The notes: generated from the sequence alone by a model not told the origin. A stretch of 64,000 nt of DNA from an uncultured delta proteobacterium (GCA_963782055.1 CAWAIF010000003.1:1600001-1664000); one strand, 5' to 3'. Shown: positions 1-10,315, counted from the stretch's first letter. Numbers and translations are program-made.

Positions 1-76
1 ACACCGTCACGAGCGAGTGAGCGAGGCGCCCTTGGGGGCCGTGGTCAGCCGCGCGATGAAGTAGGATGGTCGTCCG

Positions 77-3000
77 ATGACGACAATCGCGGAAGAGGCG
101 CACGACATCGGTGCGTTGCTGCGACGCGCTGCGGTCGAGCGCGATCCGGTGCCGTCGCTCCTGCTCGCGCTGCGGTGGCGTCGTGCCGCCGGCCCCGAGG
201 ACAGGCAGGCCGTCGAGGCGCGCGTCGTCGACGCGGCGACGGCCTCGTACGAGGGACTCGCGGGCCTGGTCCGGGCCATTCACATCTACTGGCCGGAGGG
301 ACTGCTGGCGCCGCCGGTGCGTGCCTCCCTCCACGTCGCGCTGGAGGCGGGGCGGTTCGAGGCGCACGAGCTGTTCCACGTGCTCTCCCCGCTGCTCGCG
401 GCGGAGGACCGCTTCGAGGAGCTGCTCGCGCACTCGGAGAGGCTGGGGCTCGGCGCGCGGCTGCGCCTGGCGACGCTGTGCCAGCGGCTGGCGACCGCGG
501 TGCAGGTGTTCGGGCCGGAGGCCTTCGTCCCGGGCGAGCGCGAGCGCGCGTTCGACACCGTGCTCGAGCGGCTCTTCGAGGACCGCGACGCCGGCGTGGC
601 GCTGCGCGCCGCGTGGGCGGTCGGCGTCCGGGCCGCGGCGTCCAAGCCCTGGCGCGGCCGCCTCGCCGCCCTCTCGCGCGACGCTTCGCCGCGGCGCAAG
701 CGCCGGGCCCTGGCGGCGCGCACCGCGCTCTGGGTGCTCGGGGAGGACGCCTGGGACTACGAGCGGGAGCTCACGTCTGGGCTGGGCAAGACCGACCCGT
801 ACGCGCGCGCGACGGCCCTGCTCGCGATGCGGTTCGGCGTCCGCATCGCCCCGGGCACGGTGGCGGCGATGGCGGAGCAGCTCGTGTCGCGGTCCGCGCC
901 GGTGGAGGTGCTCGTCGCGGCGCTCGAGCTCGCGCGCGTGCACCCTGACGAGGCGCTCCGCACGCACGTCGCCGAGCGCGCGGAGGTCGAGCGGCCTCCG
1001 GCGGAGCTCGCGATCCTGCTCCGGCGGACCGCGCCCGGAGCGCCGGGCGGCGCGGCCGGCATCGTGGAGCTCGGCGACGCGCTCGTGGAAGCCTCCGCCG
1101 TGTCGCCTGGCGAGGCATCGCGCGCGGCGGCGGCGCTCGCGCGGCGACTCTCGCGCGGGATCAGCGGCGACGCCGAGGAGCAGGAGGCCTGCGAGCGGGT
1201 GCTCTTCGACGGGACGCTCTTTCGCGACGCGCTCGTCATCGGGGCCCGTACGCCCGCCGCCCGTCGCGAGGCGTACGAGGTGTGGGTGGGCGCGGTGGCC
1301 GCGTGCCGTGAGGCGCGCCTCGCCGCGCTGGGTGAGGGGGATGCGCGGGAGCGGACCGCGGCGTGGCGGCGCGCGGCCAGGGCGCTCGACGCGTCCCCGC
1401 GCGGCATCCGGCGGGACGGGGCGCCGGACGCGGAGGCCCGCAGCCCGGTGCGCCGGGACGCGGCGCGCGTCCGCCTCGCGAGCGCCGCGCGCCTGGCCGG
1501 CCGCGCCGACTCGATGGAGGAGCGTCCGGCGATCGGCGCCCTCCTCGTCGCCGCCGACATCGAGGCCGTGGTCGCGCCGAGCGTCTTCGGGGACGTGCTG
1601 GCGGCGCTGCTCTCGTCGCGCTCGCCGCGCGCGCTCCGCCACGCGCTCGATGGCTGCCCCGCGGGTGCGCCCCTGCACGACGCGCTCACGGCCCTGGAGG
1701 CGCTCCGCGCGCTCGCCGAGCCCCGGGGGAAGAAGGCGCCGGCCGTGGATCGCGACACGCTCGCGCAGGCGACGTGGCACCTCGCGCAGGCGTCGCTCGC
1801 GGTCACGGGGGATCGTGCCGCACCGGCCGCGGCTGCGCCGCTCGCGCTGGACGCCGCCGTGAGCCTCTCCCTGGCGCCACCGTCGTCGCCGGGCGCCGTG
1901 CTCGCCGCATGGAGCGCCGCCGCGCGTGCGTGCATCCGCCTGCGCGAGGGGGTGGCAGAGGACGCAGGCGCGCCGCCGCCGTCCTTCCCGAACGCCGCGC
2001 GCGTCGAGAAGGCAATCGTCTCGCTCTTCGAGCCTCAGTCCAGGCGCGAGCGCTCCCTCAAGGACGAGGCGGCGCTGGAGGTGCTCGCCTCCGTCGTCCC
2101 GCCCGCGCTGGCGTCGCTCCCGCACCTGCTCGGCCGGGTGCTGCGCGCGCGCAAGGCGCCGGCGGCTCGCCCGCGCCGTGACCCGTTCGCGCCGTCGAAG
2201 GTCATCGGCGACTTCGTCGTGGAGAAGAAGCTCGGCGCCGGCGGGATGGGCGCGTGCCTGCTGGTTCGCCGCCGGGCGGCGCCGCGGGGCGCCGGGTGCT
2301 TCGTGCTCAAGGTCCCCCTGAAGGGGGATGCCTTCGCCCAGTGCGCCTTCGTGGACGAGGCGCAGACCCTCATCACGCTGTCGCGCGCCCCCCACCCGGG
2401 CGTGGTGCGCTTCCTCGGCTACATGACGTGCGGCTACCGCCTGCCGTACCTGATCATGCAGCACATCGAGGGCAGGCCGCTCGACGGCGTGCTGAAGAAG
2501 GGACCGCTGCCCCTGGGTGCGGCGCTCCGCGATGGCGCGCGGCTCGCCGATGCGCTCGCGCACTGCCACGCGAGCGGTGTCACGCACCACGACGTCAAGC
2601 CCGCCAACGTCATCTCCGGTCCGGAGGGCGCGGTGCTCGTGGACTTCGGCATCGCCGGAGCCGGGAAGGACGGCGCGGGGACGCCCATGTACATGTCGCC
2701 GGAGCGCTTCGACCGCACCAATGCGCCGGAGCTCGCGCCCGCCGCCGACGTCTTCGCCCTGGGCTGCATGGTGCACGAGCTCTGGACCGGCACGCCGCTG
2801 ATGAACGTGCCCATCGGCGCGCACGAGGCGCCGGAGATCCCCTCCACCATCGTCGAGTTGAGCCGCGAGGTCGGGCGGGGCGAGGCGAGCATGATGGGCG
2901 TCCAGCTCGTCTTCGGCGTGCTCGCGCGGACGCACGCACTCCTCGTGCGGCGTCTCGCTCGCGGGCTGGATGGTGCGCCCGCCGCGCTGCGGGCGCCGCT

Positions 3001-3118
3001 CGGCACCCTCGTCGAGGCGATGGTGGCGACCGACCCGCGCACACGCCCGACCGCGGCGTTCGCGGCCGCCGAGCTCGGGCGCCTGGCGTCGGTCGTGGAG
3101 CGGGCGGTCACGGTATAG
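77..3118 (+). CDS. Large Ser/Thr protein kinase: long Ala/Arg/Leu-rich helical (HEAT/ARM-like) N-terminal region plus C-terminal Hanks kinase domain
   Basis: Kinase motifs LGAGGMG, VLKVP, HPGVVRF, HHDVKPAN (non-RD), DFGIA, GTPMYMSPE, DVFALG; TAGGAT at 62-67 lies 9 nt before the ATG. Confidence 0.85.
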   Translation: MTTIAEEAHDIGALLRRAAVERDPVPSLLLALRWRRAAGPEDRQAVEARVVDAATASYEGLAGLVRAIHIYWPEGLLAPPVRASLHVALEAGRFEAHELFHVLSPLLAAEDRFEELLAHSERLGLGARLRLATLCQRLATAVQVFGPEAFVPGERERAFDTVLERLFEDRDAGVALRAAWAVGVRAAASKPWRGRLAALSRDASPRRKRRALAARTALWVLGEDAWDYERELTSGLGKTDPYARATALLAMRFGVRIAPGTVAAMAEQLVSRSAPVEVLVAALELARVHPDEALRTHVAERAEVERPPAELAILLRRTAPGAPGGAAGIVELGDALVEASAVSPGEASRAAAALARRLSRGISGDAEEQEACERVLFDGTLFRDALVIGARTPAARREAYEVWVGAVAACREARLAALGEGDARERTAAWRRAARALDASPRGIRRDGAPDAEARSPVRRDAARVRLASAARLAGRADSMEERPAIGALLVAADIEAVVAPSVFGDVLAALLSSRSPRALRHALDGCPAGAPLHDALTALEALRALAEPRGKKAPAVDRDTLAQATWHLAQASLAVTGDRAAPAAAAPLALDAAVSLSLAPPSSPGAVLAAWSAAARACIRLREGVAEDAGAPPPSFPNAARVEKAIVSLFEPQSRRERSLKDEAALEVLASVVPPALASLPHLLGRVLRARKAPAARPRRDPFAPSKVIGDFVVEKKLGAGGMGACLLVRRRAAPRGAGCFVLKVPLKGDAFAQCAFVDEAQTLITLSRAPHPGVVRFLGYMTCGYRLPYLIMQHIEGRPLDGVLKKGPLPLGAALRDGARLADALAHCHASGVTHHDVKPANVISGPEGAVLVDFGIAGAGKDGAGTPMYMSPERFDRTNAPELAPAADVFALGCMVHELWTGTPLMNVPIGAHEAPEIPSTIVELSREVGRGEASMMGVQLVFGVLARTHALLVRRLARGLDGAPAALRAPLGTLVEAMVATDPRTRPTAAFAAAELGRLASVVERAVTV

Positions 3119-3126
3119 TGGCTCGA

Positions 3127-4362
3127 ATGGCCGTCGAGACGTCCACAGAAGAGCGGGTCGAGAGGGCGCCGGACGTGCCCGTGGCCCACGAGCGTGGCGG
3201 GCGGGCCGACCTCGCGGCGCTGCGCGACCGCCGCGCGCTCGCGATGATGCCCGTGGTGGTCTTCGGCGCGATGCTCCCGTTCGTCGCCCGCGCGACCGAG
3301 TCGCTCTGGATGGACGCTTCCCCGGTCGCGAAGGCGCGGCTCCTCGTCCGGCTCTGCGTGAGCTTCGTCCTGCTCGGCTGCTACCCGCTGGTTCTCGTCC
3401 TCGTGCGCCTCGGAGTCACCGACGTGACGGCGAGCCAGCACCGCTGGCTTCTCCGGGTGTACCCGGCTGTCACCACCCTGTGGCAGTCCCTGGTGGCGCT
3501 GGACGCGTTCGTACTGATCGCGTGGCCCCGGCTGGTCTCCATGCCGAGCTTCGCCGCCGATCTGACCATCTCCATCGCTGCGTGCGGGCTCATCCCGTTC
3601 GTGCAGCACCACATGACCTTCTTCTATGGCTTCGACGTCGGCACCCTCCTCCGCGCGCGCGCCCTGCTGGGCAAGGAGCCGAAGCTCGCGCGCGCTCCCC
3701 TGGACACGCTCGACTACAAGGTGTTGCAGCTCATCGCCAGGAGCGGCAGTGACGTGGCGAACGTGATGATCAACGACATGGGGATCGGCTTCCGCGATCT
3801 CATGCTTCGCCTGGCGAAGCTCGTGGCGCTCGGCTACCTGCACGTCGTCAAGGAGCTCCACGGCCCGCAGGTGGTCCTCTCCACGCTGGCCACCGACACG
3901 CTGGCGCTCCCGATATCGCTGTTCACGTGGGACACCGACGATCGCGAGCTGCTCGGCGAGCTCGCGAGCGCGCGGCTGTCGCTGGAGGCGCGCGAGCCGC
4001 AGAAGGTCGTGGTGGCGTGCGCGCGCTCGTGCGAGCGGCTCCTGCGCGGCGGACTGGCGACCGTCGAGCCCAGGATCACGCACGTGGGCAACAAGGAGCT
4101 CTCGAAGGCGACGCTGGGAGAGCTCGTGGGCGCCTGTCGGCAGCACAGGATCATCGGTCGCTTCGAGGACGGCATTTTCTCGGCGATCAACGAGCGCAGG
4201 AAGAAGATCCACGCGCTCGAAGGGGAGGCGCCCATCGACGACCAGGACGCCTTCGTGCTCTACACGCTGACCGAGATCGTCGCGCGTGATCTGCTCACGC
4301 GCCGGCGCGGGCGCGGGCGTCGCGCCGGCGACGACCCCGCAGCCGCGCCTCCCACTCAGTAG
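3127..4362 (+). CDS. Membrane protein: about 4 TM helices, winged-helix domain, C-terminal HEPN/DUF4145-like domain
   Basis: C-terminal part of ORF 2254..4362, restarted at ATG 3127, 8 nt after the upstream stop. Four hydrophobic segments; wHTH-like LDYKVLQLIAR...LAKLVALGYL; HEPN-like ACARSCERLLR...KATLGELV...INERRKKIH...DQDAF. Confidence 0.75.
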   Translation: MAVETSTEERVERAPDVPVAHERGGRADLAALRDRRALAMMPVVVFGAMLPFVARATESLWMDASPVAKARLLVRLCVSFVLLGCYPLVLVLVRLGVTDVTASQHRWLLRVYPAVTTLWQSLVALDAFVLIAWPRLVSMPSFAADLTISIAACGLIPFVQHHMTFFYGFDVGTLLRARALLGKEPKLARAPLDTLDYKVLQLIARSGSDVANVMINDMGIGFRDLMLRLAKLVALGYLHVVKELHGPQVVLSTLATDTLALPISLFTWDTDDRELLGELASARLSLEAREPQKVVVACARSCERLLRGGLATVEPRITHVGNKELSKATLGELVGACRQHRIIGRFEDGIFSAINERRKKIHALEGEAPIDDQDAFVLYTLTEIVARDLLTRRRGRGRRAGDDPAAAPPTQ

Positions 4363-7300
4363 CACGAGCAGAGCGGATCGCCCGGCGAGCAGCGACAGGT
4401 GGGCTTCGCCGAGACCTTCGGGAACTTCGGTCGCCGGACGGGGGGCGCGCCCGCGTCGGCGGCCGCAGCGTCGCAGGCCGTCGTGTCGCCCGCCTTGCAG
4501 AGCTGGACCAGCATCGCCTTCGCCTCGGCCGGGTCGGCGAAGGGCTGCGCGGGCTCCCCGGTGCCCGCTATGAGGCGCGCGCAGGACGTGGCATCGTGGG
4601 CCTGGCAGGCGCGCCCGAAGAAGTCCGCTGCGCGTCGCGCGTCCTTCGACACGCCGCGGCCCTCCGCGAACGTCTCGCCCGCGAGCGCGCAGCCGGTCGC
4701 GTCGTCCGCGTCGCAGGCGCGCTGGAAGAGGGAGACGGCGCGCACGGCGTCCTGCGCGACGCCGACCCCGCCGGCGTAGAGTCTGCCCAGGTTGCCGCAG
4801 GCGTGGGCGTCGCCGTCGGTGCACGCGTGATCGTACAGCTTGGCGGCGCGCGCCGGATCCTTCGGCGCTCCGCGGCCGTCCTCGACGAGCGCACCGAGCC
4901 CGCCGCAGGCGAAGGCGTGGCCGGCGTTGCACGCCGTCTCGAAGAGCTTCGCCGCGCGCGGCAGATCGTCTCCCTTCGTGGCCAGCGAGACCGCCAGCAT
5001 GCCGCACGCGGACGACGAGCCGGCGGTGCAGGCGCGGTCGTAGAGGGAGCGCGCGCGCGCGGCGTCTCGCGTCACGCCCTCGCCGGTGTCGTAGAGCACG
5101 CCGAGGTTGGCGCACCCGTTGGGGTACCCACCGTCGCACGACTGCTGGTAGAGCTTCGCCGCCCGCGCCAGGTCCTTGGGCCCACCGCGCCCCTCCTTGA
5201 GCATGATGCCGAGCGAGTCGCAGGCCTGCGCGCGGCCGGCGTCGCACGCCTGTCCGTAGCGGACGCGCGCGGCGTCGTAGTCGGTCGTCAGGCCGTGGCC
5301 CCTCTCCAGCGCCGCCCCGAGCTCGTAGCACGCCTGGGAATCTCCGCCGTCGCACGCCCGCCGGTAGAGCTCGGCGGCCCGCGCCGCGTCCTTGGGGACG
5401 CCGCTCGCCTGCGCATACATCACGCCCAGGCTGAAGCAGCTCGTCGCGTTGCCTCGGTCGCACTGCTTGGTGCAGTCGGGCGCGTCGCCGAGCGTGCACT
5501 CGTGAGGCTGGAGGGCGCGCCGGAAGCCGAAGGCCGTCGCGCCGGACCCCGCGAGCACCAGGGCGGCGCCGGCGCCGGCCAGGACCTTGTTGCGGCGCAC
5601 GGCCAGGCCCACGCGGTAGCCGAGCGTCGCGCCGCGCGCGGTGACGGGCCGTCCGGCCAGCAGCGCGTCGATGTCCTGGGCGAGCTCGCGCGCGGTGCCG
5701 TAGCGAAGCGCGCGATCCTTCTGCGTGGCCTTCTCCAGGATCTTCGCCAGGTCCACCGGCAGCGTGGGGTTCGCCTTGCGCGCGGGGAGCGGCGCGGCGT
5801 GGAGCACCTGCGTGACGAGCTGCGCCTCGGTCTCGCCGTCGAAGAAGGCGCGCCCCGTGAAGAGCTCGTAGAAGGTGGCCGCCAGCGCGTAGACGTCGGC
5901 GCGCGCGTCGAGGTCGAGCAGGCTCCGCTGGAGCTGCTCCGGGGGCATGTAGCGGAGCGTGCCGAGGAGGGAGCTCTTGTCGCGCGTGATGGATTGGGTC
6001 GCGTCGCCGATCGCCGCGAGCCCAAGGTCCATCACCACGACGCGATGGTCCGTGGCGGTCACCATCAGGTTCCCGGGCTTGAGGTCTCGGTGGAGAATCC
6101 CCGCGTCGTGCAGCGCCTGCACGGCGAGCGCGGCGTCGCGGAAGAGGCGCGTGAGCTTGCGGACGCGCTCCACGCCCGTCTCGGCGATGGGATCCGGGCG
6201 CGCGGGGGCTGCCTTCGCCGTGTCGGCGAGCGCCGCGGCCTTCACCTTCCGCACGCCGCTCGACGCGGTCGCGATCGCGGCGTCCAGGCTGTCGCTCGAC
6301 GCGAGCGCGCCGGCCACCTCCGACAGGTCGGCGCCCTCGATGAGCTCCATCGCGTAGTAGTGCGTGTCGCCGCGCTTGCCGGAGGTGAGGATCTTGACGA
6401 CGTTCGGGTGGTCGCAGCGTGACAGCGACTGGATCTCGCGCCGGAACCTCGCCACCGCGACCGGGTCGTCGGCGGTCCCGGGGGCGAGCATCTTGAGGGC
6501 GACGAGGCGGCCGAGGCTCTCCTGCCGCGCGAGGTGCACGACGCCCATCCCGCCCTCCCCGAGCTTGCCTAGCAGGGTGTAGTCGCCGAACTGGTCGTCG
6601 CGCGGCGCCTCCTCCGCGCGCGCGGTCAGCGGCGCGGCGTGCAGCAGCGCCACGACGTCCTGTTCCACGGAGGGGAACTCCTCGGCGAGGGCCTTGCCCC
6701 TCAGCGCCTCGCCGCCGACGTAGTCCAGGAAGGAGCAGCCGGAGCCTCCGCGCCCGTTGAAGTACAGCACCTGCTCGCGCAGCTCGGACTCGCGGAAGAG
6801 CAGCCATGGGTGCAGGGGGGTGAAGGTGTCCTCGCGCATCGCCCACAGCCGGCGTGGCAGGACGTCCTCGGGGAGCGGCGTGCCGCGCGGGTCGAGCACG
6901 AGGGGCGTCTCGTCGGACAGGTCGAGCAGCCTGCCCGTGCGCGTGCCGTCGGGCCCGACCTCCACGGAGTCGACGAACACGACCTTCGTGCCAGGCGCGA
7001 GGAAGAGGCCCTCGTGCCACGCGGCGTCCAGGCCCGCCACGAGCGTGGTCGCCGCGTCGTCGTAGAACGCGGCTCCGCGCGTGGAGCCGTGACCGAGGAC
7101 CTGGTTCCGGTACGCGGGCACGCCGTCAAGCAGTCGGCGCGGCGTGACCGAACGGCTGCCGTCCGGCTTGCCCTTGACGACCTCGGAGAAGAGCGAGCTC
7201 ACGGCCAGGACGGCCGGGTCGTCGAGCCGCGCGTCGCGGGTGTCGATCGCGCGCACGAAGTGGCCGATGGACGGCATGGCGAGGGTGCCCGCGTCCGCGG

Positions 7301-7451
7301 GAGGCCGGGCCGCCACCGTCAGGCGAATGGACGCCTCCCACGCGTAGTACGCGGTGTCATGGCGCTCCTTGGGCGACTTCGCGTTGTGCGCGCGACGCCG
7401 GAGCGCGGCCACGGGCAGCGGCAAGGCGGACCGGGATACGACGCGGGGCAT
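4356..7451 (-). CDS. Receptor-type Ser/Thr kinase: N-terminal HEPN-like domain, kinase, TM helix, Sel1-like repeats, Cys-rich tail
   Basis: YRNQVLGHG; LGEGGMGVV, VALKML, HRDLKPGN, DLGLA, GTLRYMPPE; TM VLAGAGAALVLAGSGATAFGF; repeats of the form C..LG..Y..G.GV..D..RA..LY.RAC; ends CRCSPGDPLCSCY. Confidence 0.9.
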   Translation of the reverse strand: MPRVVSRSALPLPVAALRRRAHNAKSPKERHDTAYYAWEASIRLTVAARPPADAGTLAMPSIGHFVRAIDTRDARLDDPAVLAVSSLFSEVVKGKPDGSRSVTPRRLLDGVPAYRNQVLGHGSTRGAAFYDDAATTLVAGLDAAWHEGLFLAPGTKVVFVDSVEVGPDGTRTGRLLDLSDETPLVLDPRGTPLPEDVLPRRLWAMREDTFTPLHPWLLFRESELREQVLYFNGRGGSGCSFLDYVGGEALRGKALAEEFPSVEQDVVALLHAAPLTARAEEAPRDDQFGDYTLLGKLGEGGMGVVHLARQESLGRLVALKMLAPGTADDPVAVARFRREIQSLSRCDHPNVVKILTSGKRGDTHYYAMELIEGADLSEVAGALASSDSLDAAIATASSGVRKVKAAALADTAKAAPARPDPIAETGVERVRKLTRLFRDAALAVQALHDAGILHRDLKPGNLMVTATDHRVVVMDLGLAAIGDATQSITRDKSSLLGTLRYMPPEQLQRSLLDLDARADVYALAATFYELFTGRAFFDGETEAQLVTQVLHAAPLPARKANPTLPVDLAKILEKATQKDRALRYGTARELAQDIDALLAGRPVTARGATLGYRVGLAVRRNKVLAGAGAALVLAGSGATAFGFRRALQPHECTLGDAPDCTKQCDRGNATSCFSLGVMYAQASGVPKDAARAAELYRRACDGGDSQACYELGAALERGHGLTTDYDAARVRYGQACDAGRAQACDSLGIMLKEGRGGPKDLARAAKLYQQSCDGGYPNGCANLGVLYDTGEGVTRDAARARSLYDRACTAGSSSACGMLAVSLATKGDDLPRAAKLFETACNAGHAFACGGLGALVEDGRGAPKDPARAAKLYDHACTDGDAHACGNLGRLYAGGVGVAQDAVRAVSLFQRACDADDATGCALAGETFAEGRGVSKDARRAADFFGRACQAHDATSCARLIAGTGEPAQPFADPAEAKAMLVQLCKAGDTTACDAAAADAGAPPVRRPKFPKVSAKPTCRCSPGDPLCSCY

Positions 7452-7515
7452 GGTGAGCCGGAGTGTACACCGAGGTCGTGGTCGGTGGCTCCACGGCCCG
7501 GCCCCCGCGCGCCCC

Positions 7516-10269
7516 TCAAGGACAGTCGCAGAGGGGATCGCGTCGCGGGTCGCAGTCGCAGTCGCCGCGCCTCGCGCGCCGGTCCTCGATCGGCTCGACG
7601 GGCGCCTCGCCGGGCGGCTCGAGGATGTCGGGCGCCCGAGACGGCGCGCGGGAGAGGCCGGTCTCGGTGAATCGCTCGGCGCAGAGGGCGAAGGGGAGAT
7701 CCATGGCGCCCACGCGGCATACGAGGCCGTCGGCGACGTCGCCGTGCAGCTCGACGTGCCCCGCGGCGTCGAAGGCTACGCTGCCGCCGGGGACCGGCGC
7801 GACGGCGAAGCGGCGGGCCGCCGACGTGACGTCGAGCACCTGCAGCGCGTCCCCTCCGGTCACCGCGACGCTGCCATCCGCGGACAGCGCGACCGACGTG
7901 GCGTGCAGATCGTCGAACGCCGCCACGGCCTTGCCCTTGCGCAGGTCGCGCACGTCCAGCCAGTTGTGCTGCGCGATCGCCACGACCTCGCCGTCGGCGG
8001 AGGTGGCCAGGGGCCCGCACCCGTCCATCTGGCGGATGGAGAAGGCGTCGGCGTCGCGCTTCTCCTCTGCGTCCGGGGGCTCCAGCCGGAAGCGCTGCGT
8101 CACTCCGTCGCCGTTCCGGCGCTGTTTCGGCCGCGCCAGGAGCGCGGGCACGACGCGCATCGGGGAGGCGCCGGTGCGGATCCCCTCCGCCTGGGAGACG
8201 ACCACCGTCCCGTCGGCGAGGAACGCGGCGTGCGCCGCGAACTCGTCGTAGGGGAGCTTACCCACCCGCGCGCCCGTGGAGGTGTCGAAGACGCCGAGCC
8301 ACGACGGGCTGTGGCTCACGGTGAGCATCACCCGCGCCCCGTCCCGCGAGAGCAGCGGCGCGTGCCGCTCGAAGCCGTCGCCGAACCTGGAGTGCTCCTT
8401 CGGGAGCACCACGTGGGCGAGCTCGCGGCCGGAGGCGAGGTCGAAGGTCCCCAGCTCCTCGCCGTCCATCCACGCCACCACCTTGTGGCCACCGGCGCTG
8501 ACGGCGATGGGGCCGCGCGCCGCCTTCACGTCGAATCGCGCGATCTCCTGCGCGTCGTCCGACGCGAAGGTGCGCATGGTGCCGTCCTCCAGCAGGGCGA
8601 CCACCCTCTTCCCGTCGGGGGTCATCACCGCATCGAGCGTCGCCGGCCCGGGCGCGATCCGCAGCGGCGCGCGGGATCCGTCGGTGGTGACGACCATCAC
8701 GTCCGAGGCGCCGGCGGTCGTAGACCAGCGCCAGGGTGGTGCGCCGACGAGGGCGATCGCCACCCGCCCGTCGCCGGACAGCCGCACGTCCGAGGCCGGC
8801 TTGCGCTCCGCGGTCGAGCGCTCCTCGCCCGTCGCGAGATCACCCACGCGCAGCTGGCCGTCGTCATCGACCCAGGCGACCCGGGCCGCCCGCGGGTCAA
8901 GCAGGAAGCGGTCGTGTCGCGCGAGGTGAAGTGTGACCTTCCCCGAGGGGAGGGCGACGAAGCGTCGCTCCTCCGCGTGCTTTCCCGCCCGCGCCAGCAT
9001 CGACAGATAGGCGTGTCCGATCAGCTCGACGTTCGAGAACCGCCCCTCGCCGAGGTCGAGGGTCACGTCGCCGGTCCTGGTGTCGATGACGAGCACGTGG
9101 TAAGCGCGCTCCTGCCCGACGACGACGACCGCGAGCGAGCCGTCATCGGAGACCACCGCGTCGACGCAGTAGCGGCCGGCCACCTTCCGCCGTCGCTCGT
9201 GGTCGTCGCGGAGGATGTGCAGCACGTGGTCGGGCGTCAGCCGCATGGAGACCTTGCCGTCCGCGGTGGTCGCCTGGCACAACGGCTCCGCCTCCCGTCG
9301 GCTGCGGTGATGGCGCGTTCCGACGCCCCCGCCGCTCTGCAGCAGGGCCAGCGCGCCCGAGGTTCCGGACTCCCGTCCGGCCGCTGGAGCGTTCTTCGGC
9401 GCGGTCGCGCTGGGTCGGAGCGACCACGTCTCCGGCCCGGCGCCCACATCGAACTGAAGCGCGTCGCCGCCCGGTGAGAACGTCACGCCAGATATCCGCG
9501 AGGCGACCACCAGACGCCGCAGCTCGCGGCCGTCGGTCAGGTCCCAGAGTCGGACGGTCCCGTCTGCGGAGCCGGAGGCGATGCGCCGCCCGTCCGGCGA
9601 GAAGGCGACGTCGGAGACGTAGGCCGTGTGACCGCGCAGGCGGAGCCTCTCCTGCATCGAGGTGGCGTCGACGACGGCGATCGCGTCATCCGCCTCCACC
9701 GCGAGCAGTGAGCCGTCGGGCGACCACGCGAGGATCTCACCGTACCGCTCGGCGCGGACGGTCACCTCCGCGCGCGCGTGCGCGGCCCGCTCGTAGGCGG
9801 TGAGCGTCCGGTCGAGCAAGCGCTGCGCCTCCGCCGCGTCGCCCGCCGCATGCGCCCTGGCGGCGAGCTCGAGCAGGACGGAGGGGGCCTCCGTCCCGCG
9901 CCCCGTGGCGACGAGGTCGCGCGCCCGCTTCGCGGCGGCCTGCGCGGCAGCCGCCGCCGTCCGCTCCGCGTCGATGGCGTCTGCGAGGCTCGTCGCCGCC
10001 TCGCGTCGCCCCACCTCGGCGAGGGTGGAGACCTGAAGGTCCTCCATCGCCCGCGCGTGTGACGGGCAGGCGCGCTCGTCGGCGGCGATCACGCGCAGCG
10101 CGCGGTCGAGGCGGCCCCGCGCGAGCAACGCCTGCACGCGAGGCCGGGGCGGAGCGACGCGGGCGCATGGGTCCGGCGCGCGCGCTGCCGTCTTTGGCGG
10201 GACCGCCCGAGGCGTCGACGCGCACGCCGCCACCACCCACAAGCCCGTCGCGAGCGCGAGACGTCGCAC
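7516..10269 (-). CDS. WD40/beta-propeller lipoprotein with N-terminal TPR-like helices
   Basis: Lipobox VAAC; WD40 repeat [31 protein letters not shown]; ends [14 protein letters not shown]. Start set to GTG 10269, which avoids overlap with the divergent gene and has TATCTT 8 nt upstream. Confidence 0.8.
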   Translation of the reverse strand: MRRLALATGLWVVAACASTPRAVPPKTAARAPDPCARVAPPRPRVQALLARGRLDRALRVIAADERACPSHARAMEDLQVSTLAEVGRREAATSLADAIDAERTAAAAAQAAAKRARDLVATGRGTEAPSVLLELAARAHAAGDAAEAQRLLDRTLTAYERAAHARAEVTVRAERYGEILAWSPDGSLLAVEADDAIAVVDATSMQERLRLRGHTAYVSDVAFSPDGRRIASGSADGTVRLWDLTDGRELRRLVVASRISGVTFSPGGDALQFDVGAGPETWSLRPSATAPKNAPAAGRESGTSGALALLQSGGGVGTRHHRSRREAEPLCQATTADGKVSMRLTPDHVLHILRDDHERRRKVAGRYCVDAVVSDDGSLAVVVVGQERAYHVLVIDTRTGDVTLDLGEGRFSNVELIGHAYLSMLARAGKHAEERRFVALPSGKVTLHLARHDRFLLDPRAARVAWVDDDGQLRVGDLATGEERSTAERKPASDVRLSGDGRVAIALVGAPPWRWSTTAGASDVMVVTTDGSRAPLRIAPGPATLDAVMTPDGKRVVALLEDGTMRTFASDDAQEIARFDVKAARGPIAVSAGGHKVVAWMDGEELGTFDLASGRELAHVVLPKEHSRFGDGFERHAPLLSRDGARVMLTVSHSPSWLGVFDTSTGARVGKLPYDEFAAHAAFLADGTVVVSQAEGIRTGASPMRVVPALLARPKQRRNGDGVTQRFRLEPPDAEEKRDADAFSIRQMDGCGPLATSADGEVVAIAQHNWLDVRDLRKGKAVAAFDDLHATSVALSADGSVAVTGGDALQVLDVTSAARRFAVAPVPGGSVAFDAAGHVELHGDVADGLVCRVGAMDLPFALCAERFTETGLSRAPSRAPDILEPPGEAPVEPIEDRRARRGDCDCDPRRDPLCDCP

Positions 10270-10315
10270 GATCCGCGAAGATACCACGTTCACCGCTCTC
10301 CGCTCCGCGGCTACC

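Noticed and set aside
2254..3126. N-terminal extension of ORF 2254..4362
   Set aside because: Overlaps the kinase domain in another frame; low-complexity Arg-rich sequence; the real start is ATG 3127
2434..7020. 1528-aa minus-strand ORF
   Set aside because: Arg/Gly/Ala-rich shadow frame overlapping three genes with clear motifs; typical of very high GC
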